DNA of 64,000 nt from an uncultured Gemmatimonadales bacterium. Lineage in GTDB: Bacteria > Gemmatimonadota > Gemmatimonadetes > Gemmatimonadales > GWC2-71-9. The notes beneath the pieces are model-generated. The model ran no database searches and was not told the DNA's origin. It was given only the letters and a program-made list of their open reading frames with translations. The DNA is taken from the NCBI GenBank assembly GCA_963771275.1, contig CAVYSW010000003.1, positions 482,655 to 546,654 on the forward strand, given 5' to 3'. A program made the translations under genes and the position numbers. This document shows, one piece after another, positions 1 to 8,042 of the stretch. The stretch's first letter is position 1, and every line of letters starts with the position of its first letter.

Positions 1-833
1 ACGCCGGCCCCGAGGGTCTCGCTCAGCGGGCTTGCCAGCAGCGCCACGCGCTGAGCGCGCAGCGTGCCGCGCATCGTCGCGGTGGCGGCTGCCAGGAACC
101 GCTGGTGTTCCTGACGCTCCCCGGCGGAGGCCTTGACGAGCCGGGCGTTGGCCGCCGTTTCCACCGCGACCGCCGCGACCTCACCGCGCTGCTCCAGCGC
201 CTCCGCGGCCCGTCGTCGCACCGCGCGCAGCATGGGGCGCATTACCAGGGCCAGGGCGGGCGCGAGCACCAGCGCCACGAGGGCGAGCCGCCACGACAAG
301 GCGAAGAGAATCGCGAGGTAGACGGCGACGAGCGCCGCGCTGCGCAGCGCCTGCGCCATTCCCTGCACCGCGCCGCGCGTCTGTTCCGCGTCGCTCAGCA
401 CCCGGGCCGCGAGCTGCCCCCCCTTGATCCCGCCGAAGAACGGCAGCCCCAGCCGCTGGACGTGCGCGTAGAGCGCGACCCTGAGGTCCCGGATCACGCC
501 TTCCTGGACGCGGACGCCGCCGTAGCCGGCGGCGTAGAGGCACGCGTTCTTGAGCAGGATGCTCGCGGCGATGAGCAGCATCACCGCGGCGAACGCCGCG
601 GCGGCATCCCCGCTGCCGAGCCAGGGCCCGGCCACCGTCGCGAGGACCCGCTCGAGCGGGCTCGGCGCCTGCGCCAGCGCCGGACCCGCCTGGAACAGCA
701 GGCGCAGGAAGGGAATCAGCAGCGAGAAGGTGAACCCGTCGAACACGGAGGCGCACGCGCCGAGCAGGAGGCTCGCCGTGAACGCCCCGCGGTGCGACCG
801 CACAAACCGCAGCAGGCGCCGCGCGCCGTGCAC
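1..833 (-). CDS. ABC transporter permease/ATP-binding protein (MsbA-like exporter), N-terminal transmembrane part; 3' end outside window
   Basis: Absent from the ORF track because it runs off the edge. Reverse-strand translation from GTG 833-831 reads VHGARRLLRFVRSHRGAFTASLLLGACASVFDGFTFSLLIPFLRLLF...FFGGIKGGQLAARVLSDAEQTRGAVQGMAQALRSAALVAVYLAILFALSWRLALVALVLAP. This is the helix pattern of type-I ABC exporter TMDs. The start abuts the TGA (836-834) of the upstream gene. Confidence 0.7.
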   Translation of the reverse strand, partial: MHGARRLLRFVRSHRGAFTASLLLGACASVFDGFTFSLLIPFLRLLFQAGPALAQAPSPLERVLATVAGPWLGSGDAAAAFAAVMLLIAASILLKNACLYAAGYGGVRVQEGVIRDLRVALYAHVQRLGLPFFGGIKGGQLAARVLSDAEQTRGAVQGMAQALRSAALVAVYLAILFALSWRLALVALVLAPALALVMRPMLRAVRRRAAEALEQRGEVAAVAVETAANARLVKASAGERQEHQRFLAAATATMRGTLRAQRVALLASPLSETLGAG

Positions 834-2402
834 TCAGCGCGCTCCGCGGGGTGTCAGCAGCGCCACCGGCAGAATGACTTCCTCGGGACTGACTCCGCCG
901 TGGAGAAACGAGCCCCGGTACCGGGCCTGGTACTCCCGCAGCTTGGTGGGATACACGAAGAACCGGTCGCCGGTCGCCATGAGCAGGCGCACGCCCAGCC
1001 GCATCCGCGGGAGCCCCCACGCGGGCAGGTCCTGCACCATGACCGCCGCTTCCCGGTCTTCCGGCCGGAGATCCTCACCGAACTTGTATCGCAGGTTCTG
1101 CGTCGTGTCCCGCTTCGCGAAGACGGTCGCCGACGTGTGGCAGTGGATCGAGCCGTGGTCCGTCGTCACGAGCACCGGCACCGATCGCCGCTCGGCCTCG
1201 CGCAACGCGCGCATGAACGCCGAGTCCTCGAACCAGGTCCGCGTGAGGCTGCGCAGCGCCGCGGCGTCACGGGCCACTTCGTACAGGATGGCGTTCTCGG
1301 ATCGGCCGTGCGTCAGCTGGTCGATGAAGTTGAAGACGAGCGCCGTCACGCCGCGCTGCGCGAGGTACCCCGGCAGCTGCCGCAGCAGCTCCTCCCCCTC
1401 CATGGTGCTCGACACCTTGGCGTAGCGCACCGGTGTCGGGACGCCGAGCAGGTCGGCGAGTTGCTCGGTGAGCAGCTCGGCCTCGTGGGCATTGAGACTC
1501 TCGTCGTCGCGATCCCCCCACCATTGGGGGTGCCGACGCGCGATCTCGCTGGGAAACAGCCCGCTGAAAATGGCGTTCCGCGAATACGGAGTCGCCGTGG
1601 GGACGATGCTGTAGTAATACGACACTTCCACGTCGAACCGGTCGGTGACGAGGCTCTTGAGGACCTCCCACTGGTCCAGTCGCAGGCAGTCGACCACCAC
1701 GAACATCGCCGAGCCGTGCTGGCGGATCAGCGGGGCCAGGAACTCGCTCACCACGTCCACGGAGAGCGGCGGCCGGTCGCCCTCGGGGTTCGCGAGCCAG
1801 CGTGGGTACGCGGTGGTCAGGAACTTCGCGAAATCCTGGTGCAGGCTGCGCTGCAGGGCCTCATGCGCCTCGCGCAGTCCACCCTGGTCGCCCCCCGAGA
1901 GTCGCACCTCCCACTGCGCGAGCTCGCCGACCAGGTCGATCCACTCGCGCCAGCCGAGCGACTGACCGCGCCGTTCCTCGAGCTCGCGGAACCGGGTGAC
2001 GAAGTCGCGCGCCAGGCGCTGCTCGCGGATGCGGGGGCCCTCGACCAGTCGGGTCACGACGCTCAGGACCTGGCGCGGGTTGACCGGCTTGACCAGGTAG
2101 TCCTCCAGGTCGATCCCGATCGCCTCGCGCATGGTGACCGCTTCCTCGCTCTTCGTCACCATCACGATCGGCACGCCGGGGTCGATCGCCCGGATCTCGC
2201 CGACCAGGGTCAGTCCGGGCCGCCCCGGCATCTGCTCGTCGAGCAGCACGACGCCATAGGTCTGGCCGCGCAGCAGCGCGAGCGCGTCCTCGCCGTTCGC
2301 GGCCTGCTCCACTTCGAAGCCGCGCTCGCGCAGGAACAGCACGTGCGCCTCGAGCGACTCGATTTCGTCGTCCACCCAGAGAATCGTGTGTTGTCGGGGC
2401 AT
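834..2402 (-). CDS. porX: PorX-type response regulator: receiver domain fused to a PglZ/alkaline-phosphatase-superfamily domain
   Basis: 522-aa ORF. Receiver motifs: ILWVDDE, VLLDEQMPG, VMVTKSEE, DYLVKPVNP. PglZ/AP-like motifs: VPTATPYSRNAIFSG, FNFIDQLTHGRSE, TTDHGS, LRYKFG, FLHGGVSPEE. Colinear with Porphyromonas PorX as I recall it. Confidence 0.85.
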   Translation of the reverse strand: MPRQHTILWVDDEIESLEAHVLFLRERGFEVEQAANGEDALALLRGQTYGVVLLDEQMPGRPGLTLVGEIRAIDPGVPIVMVTKSEEAVTMREAIGIDLEDYLVKPVNPRQVLSVVTRLVEGPRIREQRLARDFVTRFRELEERRGQSLGWREWIDLVGELAQWEVRLSGGDQGGLREAHEALQRSLHQDFAKFLTTAYPRWLANPEGDRPPLSVDVVSEFLAPLIRQHGSAMFVVVDCLRLDQWEVLKSLVTDRFDVEVSYYYSIVPTATPYSRNAIFSGLFPSEIARRHPQWWGDRDDESLNAHEAELLTEQLADLLGVPTPVRYAKVSSTMEGEELLRQLPGYLAQRGVTALVFNFIDQLTHGRSENAILYEVARDAAALRSLTRTWFEDSAFMRALREAERRSVPVLVTTDHGSIHCHTSATVFAKRDTTQNLRYKFGEDLRPEDREAAVMVQDLPAWGLPRMRLGVRLLMATGDRFFVYPTKLREYQARYRGSFLHGGVSPEEVILPVALLTPRGAR

Positions 2403-2481
2403 GCGCGTAAGCTACCGATGCGCGGCGTCGCCCGGCAGACGTGCTGGCTCGCCTGCGCTCCGTCGTCTACATTCGCCGGCC

Positions 2482-3453
2482 GTGCCTGCTCCCACGATTC
2501 TGCTCGTCCGGTTCGGCGCCTTGGGCGACGTCGTGCTCGCGACGCCGCTGGCGCGCGCGCTGCGGCGCGCGCACCCGGACGCGGCGATCACGTTCGTCAC
2601 GAAGTCGCGCTACGCGCCGATCCTGGCGCACAACCCGCACCTCACCGGGCTCGCGACGCTCGGACCCGGCGACGCCCTGCGGGATCTGGCCGCCGCCCTG
2701 CGCCGCACGCGCTGGGACCATCGGCTCGACCTCCACGGGAGCCTCCGGGCCCGGGCGCTGCGGGCGCTGGTCGGAGGACGGTGGCGCACGCCTCCGCGAC
2801 AGCGCATTCGGCGGGCGCTGCTGACCCGCTGGGGTATCGACACCATCGGCCCACCCGTCCCCGCCGCGGAGCGCTATTTCGGGGCGGCGCGCGACCTCGC
2901 GGTGGTGCCCGACGGCGGACCGGCCGAGGTCTTCACGACGCCGGAGGACGAGCACCGCGCCGCCGCGATCGCACCGGCGGGCACCTACGTCGCCCTGGCG
3001 CCCGGCGCCGCCCACGCCACCAAACGCTGGCCGGCCGCGCACTGGCGTGCCCTCGCGCGCCAGCTCCTGCTCGAGCGCTGCGGGACCGTTGCGGTGGGCA
3101 GCGCCAGCGAGCGCGGCCTGCTGGACGTGCCAGGCGTGGTCGACGCGTTCGGCCTCCCGCTCGGCCCGACCGCCGCGCTGTTGCGCCGGGCCCGCCTGGT
3201 GGTGGCGAACGATTCCGGCCTGATGCACCTCGCTACCGCCGTCGGCACGCCCGTCGTCGCGCTGTTCGGTCCGACCACCCGTCAGCTGGGCTACTTCCCG
3301 TATCGCGCCCGCGCCCTGGTGCTGGAACGGGACCTGGCGTGCCGTCCCTGCTCCCCGTACGGCGGCGCCTACTGCCCGCGGGGCGATCATCGATGCATGA
3401 TTGGGATCACCCCCGAGGAGGTCGCGGCAGTGGTCGCGACCGGAGTCCGATGA
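2482..3453 (+). CDS. Glycosyltransferase family 9 (ADP-heptose:LPS heptosyltransferase-like)
   Basis: Motifs ILLVRFGALGDVVLATPLARAL, ATKRWPAAHW, ANDSGLMHLATAVGTPVVALFGPTT. The ORF opens at 2386; the in-frame GTG at 2482, just before the conserved N-terminus, is preferred. Confidence 0.85.
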   Translation: MPAPTILLVRFGALGDVVLATPLARALRRAHPDAAITFVTKSRYAPILAHNPHLTGLATLGPGDALRDLAAALRRTRWDHRLDLHGSLRARALRALVGGRWRTPPRQRIRRALLTRWGIDTIGPPVPAAERYFGAARDLAVVPDGGPAEVFTTPEDEHRAAAIAPAGTYVALAPGAAHATKRWPAAHWRALARQLLLERCGTVAVGSASERGLLDVPGVVDAFGLPLGPTAALLRRARLVVANDSGLMHLATAVGTPVVALFGPTTRQLGYFPYRARALVLERDLACRPCSPYGGAYCPRGDHRCMIGITPEEVAAVVATGVR

Positions 3454-3830
3454 CTGAAGCCGAACGGCGCCTGGTCGGCGCCCTCGCCCAGCAGGAGCGC
3501 GGCCCCGGCCGCAACGGGATCTTCGCTCTCTGGCTGTTCACCCGGGTGGCCGAAGCGGTGCTCCCGCCCGACCTGGTGACGGCACGTGCCCATCGCCGGC
3601 GCGTGGAGCTGCTGCAGCGACGGTTGAGCAGCGTGTCGATGCCGCCGCCGCTGCGGCGTGCGCTGGCGGGGGCCCTCCGCCTGGTGGCCGAGGGCACCCC
3701 CCGCGGCTCGGCGCAGGCCCTGCAGCAACTCGTGGCGCCCGCCGGGGAGACAGTCGGCGCGCACGTCGCCGCAGCCCTCGGGCTCGCCGCTGGGCGGGCC
3801 GGGCGCACGACGAACGAGGAGGCGCGATGA
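3450..3830 (+). CDS. Hypothetical helical protein (126 aa), possible detached DnaB N-terminal-like domain
   Basis: Tail frame of spurious ORF 105..3830. ATG 3450 overlaps the GT9 stop (ATGA), and its own stop overlaps the next start (ATGA at 3827). High GC3 codon pattern. TEAERRLVGAL and AEAVLPPDLVTARAHRR weakly recall DnaB N-domain motifs. Confidence 0.5.
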   Translation: MTEAERRLVGALAQQERGPGRNGIFALWLFTRVAEAVLPPDLVTARAHRRRVELLQRRLSSVSMPPPLRRALAGALRLVAEGTPRGSAQALQQLVAPAGETVGAHVAAALGLAAGRAGRTTNEEAR

Positions 3831-4690
3831 CTGATCCGCGCGACGGCCAGCGCCCGTCGGTCGACGGCTTGCTCCGGCGTGTGGACGGCCACCCCCGGGG
3901 CGTACCCTCGCCGGACAGCGTGGCGACGGGCTTCCCTTCCCTGGACCGGCTGCTAGGTGGCGGCCTCCGCCGCAGGGATCTCGTGGTGCTCGGCGGGGAC
4001 ATCGGCGCGGGCAAGTCGGCGCTGGCCCTGGCCATCGCGCTGCGCGCCGCCGCCGCGGGGAACACGGTCGAGCTGTTTTCGGGCGAGATGGACGCGGACC
4101 GCCTGCTCGAGCGCGCCCTGGCGATCGAAGGACGCACCACGATCGACGAGTTGCGCTCGGCGGACCTGTCCGAGGAACGCCGGGCCGCGGTCGGCGCGGC
4201 GGCGGTGCGCCTGCGGGACCTGCCGCTGTCGCTCCATCCCCTGACCGCTCGCGGATTCGATGCGGTGCTCGAGCCCGCGTGGGAACGTGACCCGGCCCTG
4301 ATCATCGTGGACTACCTGCAGCTGCTCCCCGCCCCCAGCGCGCGACTCACCCGCGACGAGGACGCGGCCGAAGCCCTCGGCGCGCTCAAGGCGACCGCGC
4401 TGGCGCGCCGGGTCGCGTGCCTGGCGGTGGCACAGCTGCCGGGTCACCGCGCGCAGCGCGAGGACCCCCGGCCGACGCTCGACGACTACGGCGCGCTCGG
4501 CGCCGTGAAGCAACACGCCGACGTCGTCCTGAGCATCTACCGCGAGGAGATGTACCACCCGGGCGGCGGCGTGGAGGGAGCCACCGAGCTGATCGTCAAC
4601 AAGAACCGCAACGGTCCGACCGGGTTCGTCGACCTGTACTTCTACCGGACCTGGATGCGGTTCGAGGACATGCTCGACCCCGATCGATAG
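3827..4690 (+). CDS. DnaB-like helicase C-terminal (RecA-fold ATPase) domain protein lacking the N-terminal domain
   Basis: 287 aa. TGFPSLDRLLGGGLRRRDLVVLGGDIGAGKSALALAIAL (Walker A), LIIVDYLQLL (Walker B), VAQLPGH...RPTLDDYG...QHADVVLSIYREEMY, ELIVNKNRNGPTGFVDLYF. Colinear with the DnaB C-terminal domain. Confidence 0.8.
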   Translation: MTDPRDGQRPSVDGLLRRVDGHPRGVPSPDSVATGFPSLDRLLGGGLRRRDLVVLGGDIGAGKSALALAIALRAAAAGNTVELFSGEMDADRLLERALAIEGRTTIDELRSADLSEERRAAVGAAAVRLRDLPLSLHPLTARGFDAVLEPAWERDPALIIVDYLQLLPAPSARLTRDEDAAEALGALKATALARRVACLAVAQLPGHRAQREDPRPTLDDYGALGAVKQHADVVLSIYREEMYHPGGGVEGATELIVNKNRNGPTGFVDLYFYRTWMRFEDMLDPDR

Positions 4691-4695
4691 AGCGC

Positions 4696-4727
4696 GTGAC
4701 GGCACGCGGCCGCGTGCGGACCGTCAC
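4696..4727. terminator. GC-rich hairpin between convergent genes (candidate bidirectional terminator)
   Basis: GTGACGGCACGCGG / CCGCGTGC(GGA)CCGTCAC inverted repeat. It starts 6 nt after the TAG of the DnaB-like gene, and its right arm contains the stop (4726-4724) of the EamA gene. Confidence 0.45.
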
Positions 4728-5605
4728 CCGTCCCCGACCGCCACCCGCCCGCCGCGCTTCACCCATACGACCGCCCCCAGGACGACGCCCATCGCGAGCA
4801 CCGTGCGTGGAACGATCGGCTCGTGCAGGATGAGCCAGCCCAGCAGGACCGCCACGACCGTGTTGACGTAGCTGTAGGTTCCGACGATCGTCGGCGCCAT
4901 GTGGCGCAGCACGTACACGTAGCTGCTGTAGCCCACGAGCGAGCCGAAGACGATGAGGTAGGCGAGCGCGCCGACCCCGCCCGGCGTGAGTCGCACCAGT
5001 CCCCACTCGCCGCGCAGCGTGCCGACGAGCGTCAGCGCGAGACCGCCCGCGAGCATCTGCAGGGCGGAGTTGGCGTACGGGCTCCCTTGCGTGGGGTAAC
5101 GGGTCGAGTAGACCGAGCCGAGCGCCCAACTCATCGACGCGACCGTAAGCCCGAGGGGGCCGCGCCAGTCGGCCTGCCGCAGGGCGCCCAGATCGTCACC
5201 CATCAGGAGAACGGTCCCGAGAAACCCGAGCAGCAGTCCTCCGCCCTGGGCGAGGGTCGGGCGGGATCGGCTGCCCGGCAGGACGGCGTCGAACAGGGCC
5301 ATCCAGAGGGTGACCGTGACGACGAAGATGGCGGTGATTCCCGAGGGCGTGAACTGCTCCGCCCAGACCACGAGGCCGTTCCCGCCCAGCAGGAGCAGCA
5401 CGCCGACGATGCCGTTGGTGCGCCAGTCGGCGGCGCGGCGCGGCAGCCCGCGCCCGAGGGCGAGCACCGCGCCCAGCAGGAGCGCCGCAGCGATCAGGAA
5501 TCGCGTGCCCGCAAACAGCGCGGGTGGGAACTCCCGCACACCGATACGGATCGCGAGGTACGTGGAGCCCCACACGATGCAGAGCACGAGGTAGGCCGCG
5601 AGCAC
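4724..5605 (-). CDS. EamA/DMT-family transporter
   Basis: C-terminal third of ORF 4724..6898. Ten-helix pattern: VLAAYLVLCIVWGSTYLAIRIG...FAGTRFLIAA...GNGLVVWAEQ...; GTG 5605 chosen as start because the upstream gene ends at 5665. Confidence 0.85.
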   Translation of the reverse strand: MLAAYLVLCIVWGSTYLAIRIGVREFPPALFAGTRFLIAAALLLGAVLALGRGLPRRAADWRTNGIVGVLLLLGGNGLVVWAEQFTPSGITAIFVVTVTLWMALFDAVLPGSRSRPTLAQGGGLLLGFLGTVLLMGDDLGALRQADWRGPLGLTVASMSWALGSVYSTRYPTQGSPYANSALQMLAGGLALTLVGTLRGEWGLVRLTPGGVGALAYLIVFGSLVGYSSYVYVLRHMAPTIVGTYSYVNTVVAVLLGWLILHEPIVPRTVLAMGVVLGAVVWVKRGGRVAVGDG

Positions 5606-5664
5606 GCGGCCGCCGGTCGTGGAGGAGGGGGAGGTGTCCGGCGGGCCGGACCGGTGCGCGGCCG

Positions 5665-6096
5665 TCAGCGGCGCGGCGTGCTGTCCGCAGCCGGCCTGGT
5701 GCCGACCACCGACAGGATCGTACCCCGGCCGGCCGAGTCCCGCGCGATCATGAGCCAGACCGACCGGTGGTCGGCGGAGCGTGCGAGGATCGTGACGCTC
5801 CCGTCCGCCGCGCGCGCATCGTTCGCGATGTTCCAGCCGCCGCGCAGTAATCCCACCCGGTAGAAGTCCGCCACCGAATCGGGTGCGGCGTTGATCAGGA
5901 GCTTCGTCTCGGCGATGTCGCCGGTGTGCGACGTTCCGATGAACCTCGCACCGAACATGAACGGGATGCCGCGGAAGGCCAGCAACGCGGTGGAATCCGG
6001 CGCGGTGCTGTTGGCGGACGCGTTGGACGAGCCCGGGGGCTCGCGGCCACAGGCGGAGAGCGCGACCAGCACGAGCAGGGCAGGCAGGCGGGGCAT
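5665..6096 (-). CDS. Hypothetical lipoprotein
   Basis: 143 aa. Signal peptide with lipobox: MPRLPALLVLVALSAC-G. Confidence 0.7.
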   Translation of the reverse strand: MPRLPALLVLVALSACGREPPGSSNASANSTAPDSTALLAFRGIPFMFGARFIGTSHTGDIAETKLLINAAPDSVADFYRVGLLRGGWNIANDARAADGSVTILARSADHRSVWLMIARDSAGRGTILSVVGTRPAADSTPRR

Positions 6097-6168
6097 GGCG
6101 CGAGAACGCTACATTCGGGGGACCAGCCCGGGCAAGGCACGGCCCTCGCTGGGCCGTCGGTGCGGTTC

Positions 6169-6174
6169 TATATT
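6169..6174 (+). promoter_or_regulatory. Candidate -10 hexamer TATATT upstream of yebC
   Basis: TATATT in an AT-rich patch (ggttcTATATTgttgAATATTctgcag) 44 nt before the yebC ATG. No convincing -35. Confidence 0.3.
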
Positions 6175-6217
6175 GTTGAATATTCTGCAGTTGACCCTCA
6201 GTAGATGGGGAAGTCGC

Positions 6218-6967
6218 ATGGCCGGCCATAGCAAGTGGAAACAGATCAAGCGCAAGAAGGCCGTCGCCGACGCCAAACGGGGGGCCGCCTTCACCAAGCT
6301 CATCAAGGAAATCACCATCGCGGCCCGCCAGGGCGGCGGCGATCCGGCCGGCAACGCCCGCCTGCGCGCGGCGATCGACGCGGCGAAGGCCGGCAACATG
6401 CCGGCGGACAACATCGACCGGGCCGTCAAGAAGGGGACCGGTGAGCTCGACGGCGTGGTCTATGAGGAGGCGACCTACGAGGGCTACGGACCGGGCGGAG
6501 CGGCCATCCTGCTCCAGGTCACGACCGACAACCTCAACCGCACCGTCGCTGAGATCCGTCACCTGTTCGGGCGCCACGGCGGCAACGTCGGGAGTCCCGG
6601 CTCGGTCGCCTGGATGTTCGACAAGCGCGGCCAGCTGTGGCTCGACGCCTCCCGGTCCGACGAGGATGCCGCGCTCGAAGCGGCTCTCGAAACGGGCGCG
6701 GAGGATCTCAAGCGGGACGGCGATCAGTTCGTGATCACGACGGAGCCGGCGGCGCTGCACGCGGTGGCGGAGGCGCTCCGGGCCCGGGGGCTGGACCCGC
6801 GCGACCCTGAGATCGCGATGATCCCCAAGCGCACCGTGCGGGTGGAAGGCGCCGACGCCGAGAAGCTGCTGCGCCTGATGGAGGCGATCGAGGAGCACGA
6901 CGACGTGTCCAAGGTGTTCAGCAACTTCGACATCGACGCGGAGACGCTCGCGGCGGTCAGCGGGTGA
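6218..6967 (+). CDS. yebC: YebC/PmpR-family DNA-binding transcriptional regulator
   Basis: MAGHSKWKQIKRKKAVADAKRGAAFTKLIKEITIAARQGGGDPAGNARLR... is the canonical YebC N-terminus. ATG at 6218 lies within ORF 5891..6967. Confidence 0.95.
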   Translation: MAGHSKWKQIKRKKAVADAKRGAAFTKLIKEITIAARQGGGDPAGNARLRAAIDAAKAGNMPADNIDRAVKKGTGELDGVVYEEATYEGYGPGGAAILLQVTTDNLNRTVAEIRHLFGRHGGNVGSPGSVAWMFDKRGQLWLDASRSDEDAALEAALETGAEDLKRDGDQFVITTEPAALHAVAEALRARGLDPRDPEIAMIPKRTVRVEGADAEKLLRLMEAIEEHDDVSKVFSNFDIDAETLAAVSG

Positions 6968-7452
6968 CGCGCCGCGTCCTGGGCATTGATCCGGGAACGG
7001 CGGCCACCGGCTACGGGGTGCTCGAGCCGGTCCCGCGGCGACTCGGCCGGCTCGTGGAGTGCGGCGTCGTGCGGACGGCGGCCCGCGCCCCGCTGCCGGA
7101 CCGGCTGCGGACGATCTACGACGGCGTGACGGAGCTGATCGCGCAGCACCAGCCCGACGTGATGGTGGTGGAGAGCGTCTTCTCCGGGAAGAACGTGCGG
7201 AGCAGCCTCACCCTCAGTCACGCACGCGGCGTGATCCTGCTGGCCGCCGCTCAGGCGGGCATCCGAGTCGCGGAGTACTCCCCGGCGACGGTGAAGCAGG
7301 CGGTGGCGGGTCGGGGAAGGGCCGCCAAGACGCAGATCGGCTACATGGTGCAGCAGCTGCTCCGGCTGCAGCGACCGCCAACGCCGGCCGACGCCGCCGA
7401 CGGGGTCGCGGTGGCGCTCGCCTATCTGTTGCTCGCCGGCCGGCGCCGATGA
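6964..7452 (+). CDS. ruvC: Crossover junction endodeoxyribonuclease RuvC
   Basis: VLGIDPGTAATGYGVLE, DVMVVESVF, AKTQIGYMV, DAADGVAVALAYL. GTGA overlap with the yebC stop. Confidence 0.95.
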   Translation: MTRRVLGIDPGTAATGYGVLEPVPRRLGRLVECGVVRTAARAPLPDRLRTIYDGVTELIAQHQPDVMVVESVFSGKNVRSSLTLSHARGVILLAAAQAGIRVAEYSPATVKQAVAGRGRAAKTQIGYMVQQLLRLQRPPTPADAADGVAVALAYLLLAGRRR

Positions 7453-8042
7453 TCACGGGCGTTCGCGGCAGACTCACCGCCAGGACCGGCGATCGCGTGG
7501 TCGTACTGACCGCGGGCGGCGTGAGCTACGAGCTCGCGGTGCCGCTCGGCGTGCTGGAGCGGATGCCGCCCGAAGGCGAGGAGATCGATCTCCGGACCGT
7601 GCTAGTGGTCCGGGACGACGGCTGGCTCCTGTTCGGGTTCGACCGGGAGCACGAGCGGCAGGTGTTCCAGCGGCTGCTCGGGGCGACCGGGGTCGGCCCC
7701 CGCATCGCGCTGGCCCTGCTCTCCACCCTGGGCGGGGGCCGGGTCGTCGCGGCACTCCGCGGCGGCGATCTGGCGGCGCTGTGCACCGTGCCGGGGATCG
7801 GCCGGAAGACCGCCGAACGCATGGTACTCGAGCTCAAGGACAAGCTGGGCGACCTTACGGCGCCGGGCGAGGCGCCCGCGCGGGCCCCGGCGGCGGACCA
7901 GGCCGTGCAGGCGCTGGTGAACCTCGGCTACGGCGCGCTGGATGCCGACCGCGCGGTGCGCGCGGCCCTGGCGGAAGCGGGCGCGGCAGCCCCAACCGAA
8001 CTCATCCGTCGCGCCCTCCGGGCGCTCGCGAAGGGATCATGA
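7449..8042 (+). CDS. ruvA: Holliday junction branch migration complex subunit RuvA
   Basis: MITGVRGRL...[60 protein letters not shown] overlap with the ruvC stop. Confidence 0.95.
   Translation: MITGVRGRLTARTGDRVVVLTAGGVSYELAVPLGVLERMPPEGEEIDLRTVLVVRDDGWLLFGFDREHERQVFQRLLGATGVGPRIALALLSTLGGGRVVAALRGGDLAALCTVPGIGRKTAERMVLELKDKLGDLTAPGEAPARAPAADQAVQALVNLGYGALDADRAVRAALAEAGAAAPTELIRRALRALAKGS

Noticed and set aside
105-3830. 1241-aa + strand ORF spanning the ABC exporter, porX, GT9 and small-ORF region
   Set aside because: The composition is Arg/Ala/Pro/Gly-dominated with no domain motifs. It is antisense to two well-supported - strand genes and out of frame with GT9. Only its last 126 codons (3450-3830) behave like a gene. 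This is a typical high-GC open-frame artefact.
4724-6898. 724-aa - strand ORF suggesting a large fusion protein
   Set aside because: Only the C-terminal ~294 residues (EamA transporter) are credible. The upstream part overlaps the separately supported lipoprotein gene frame region and is antisense to yebC.
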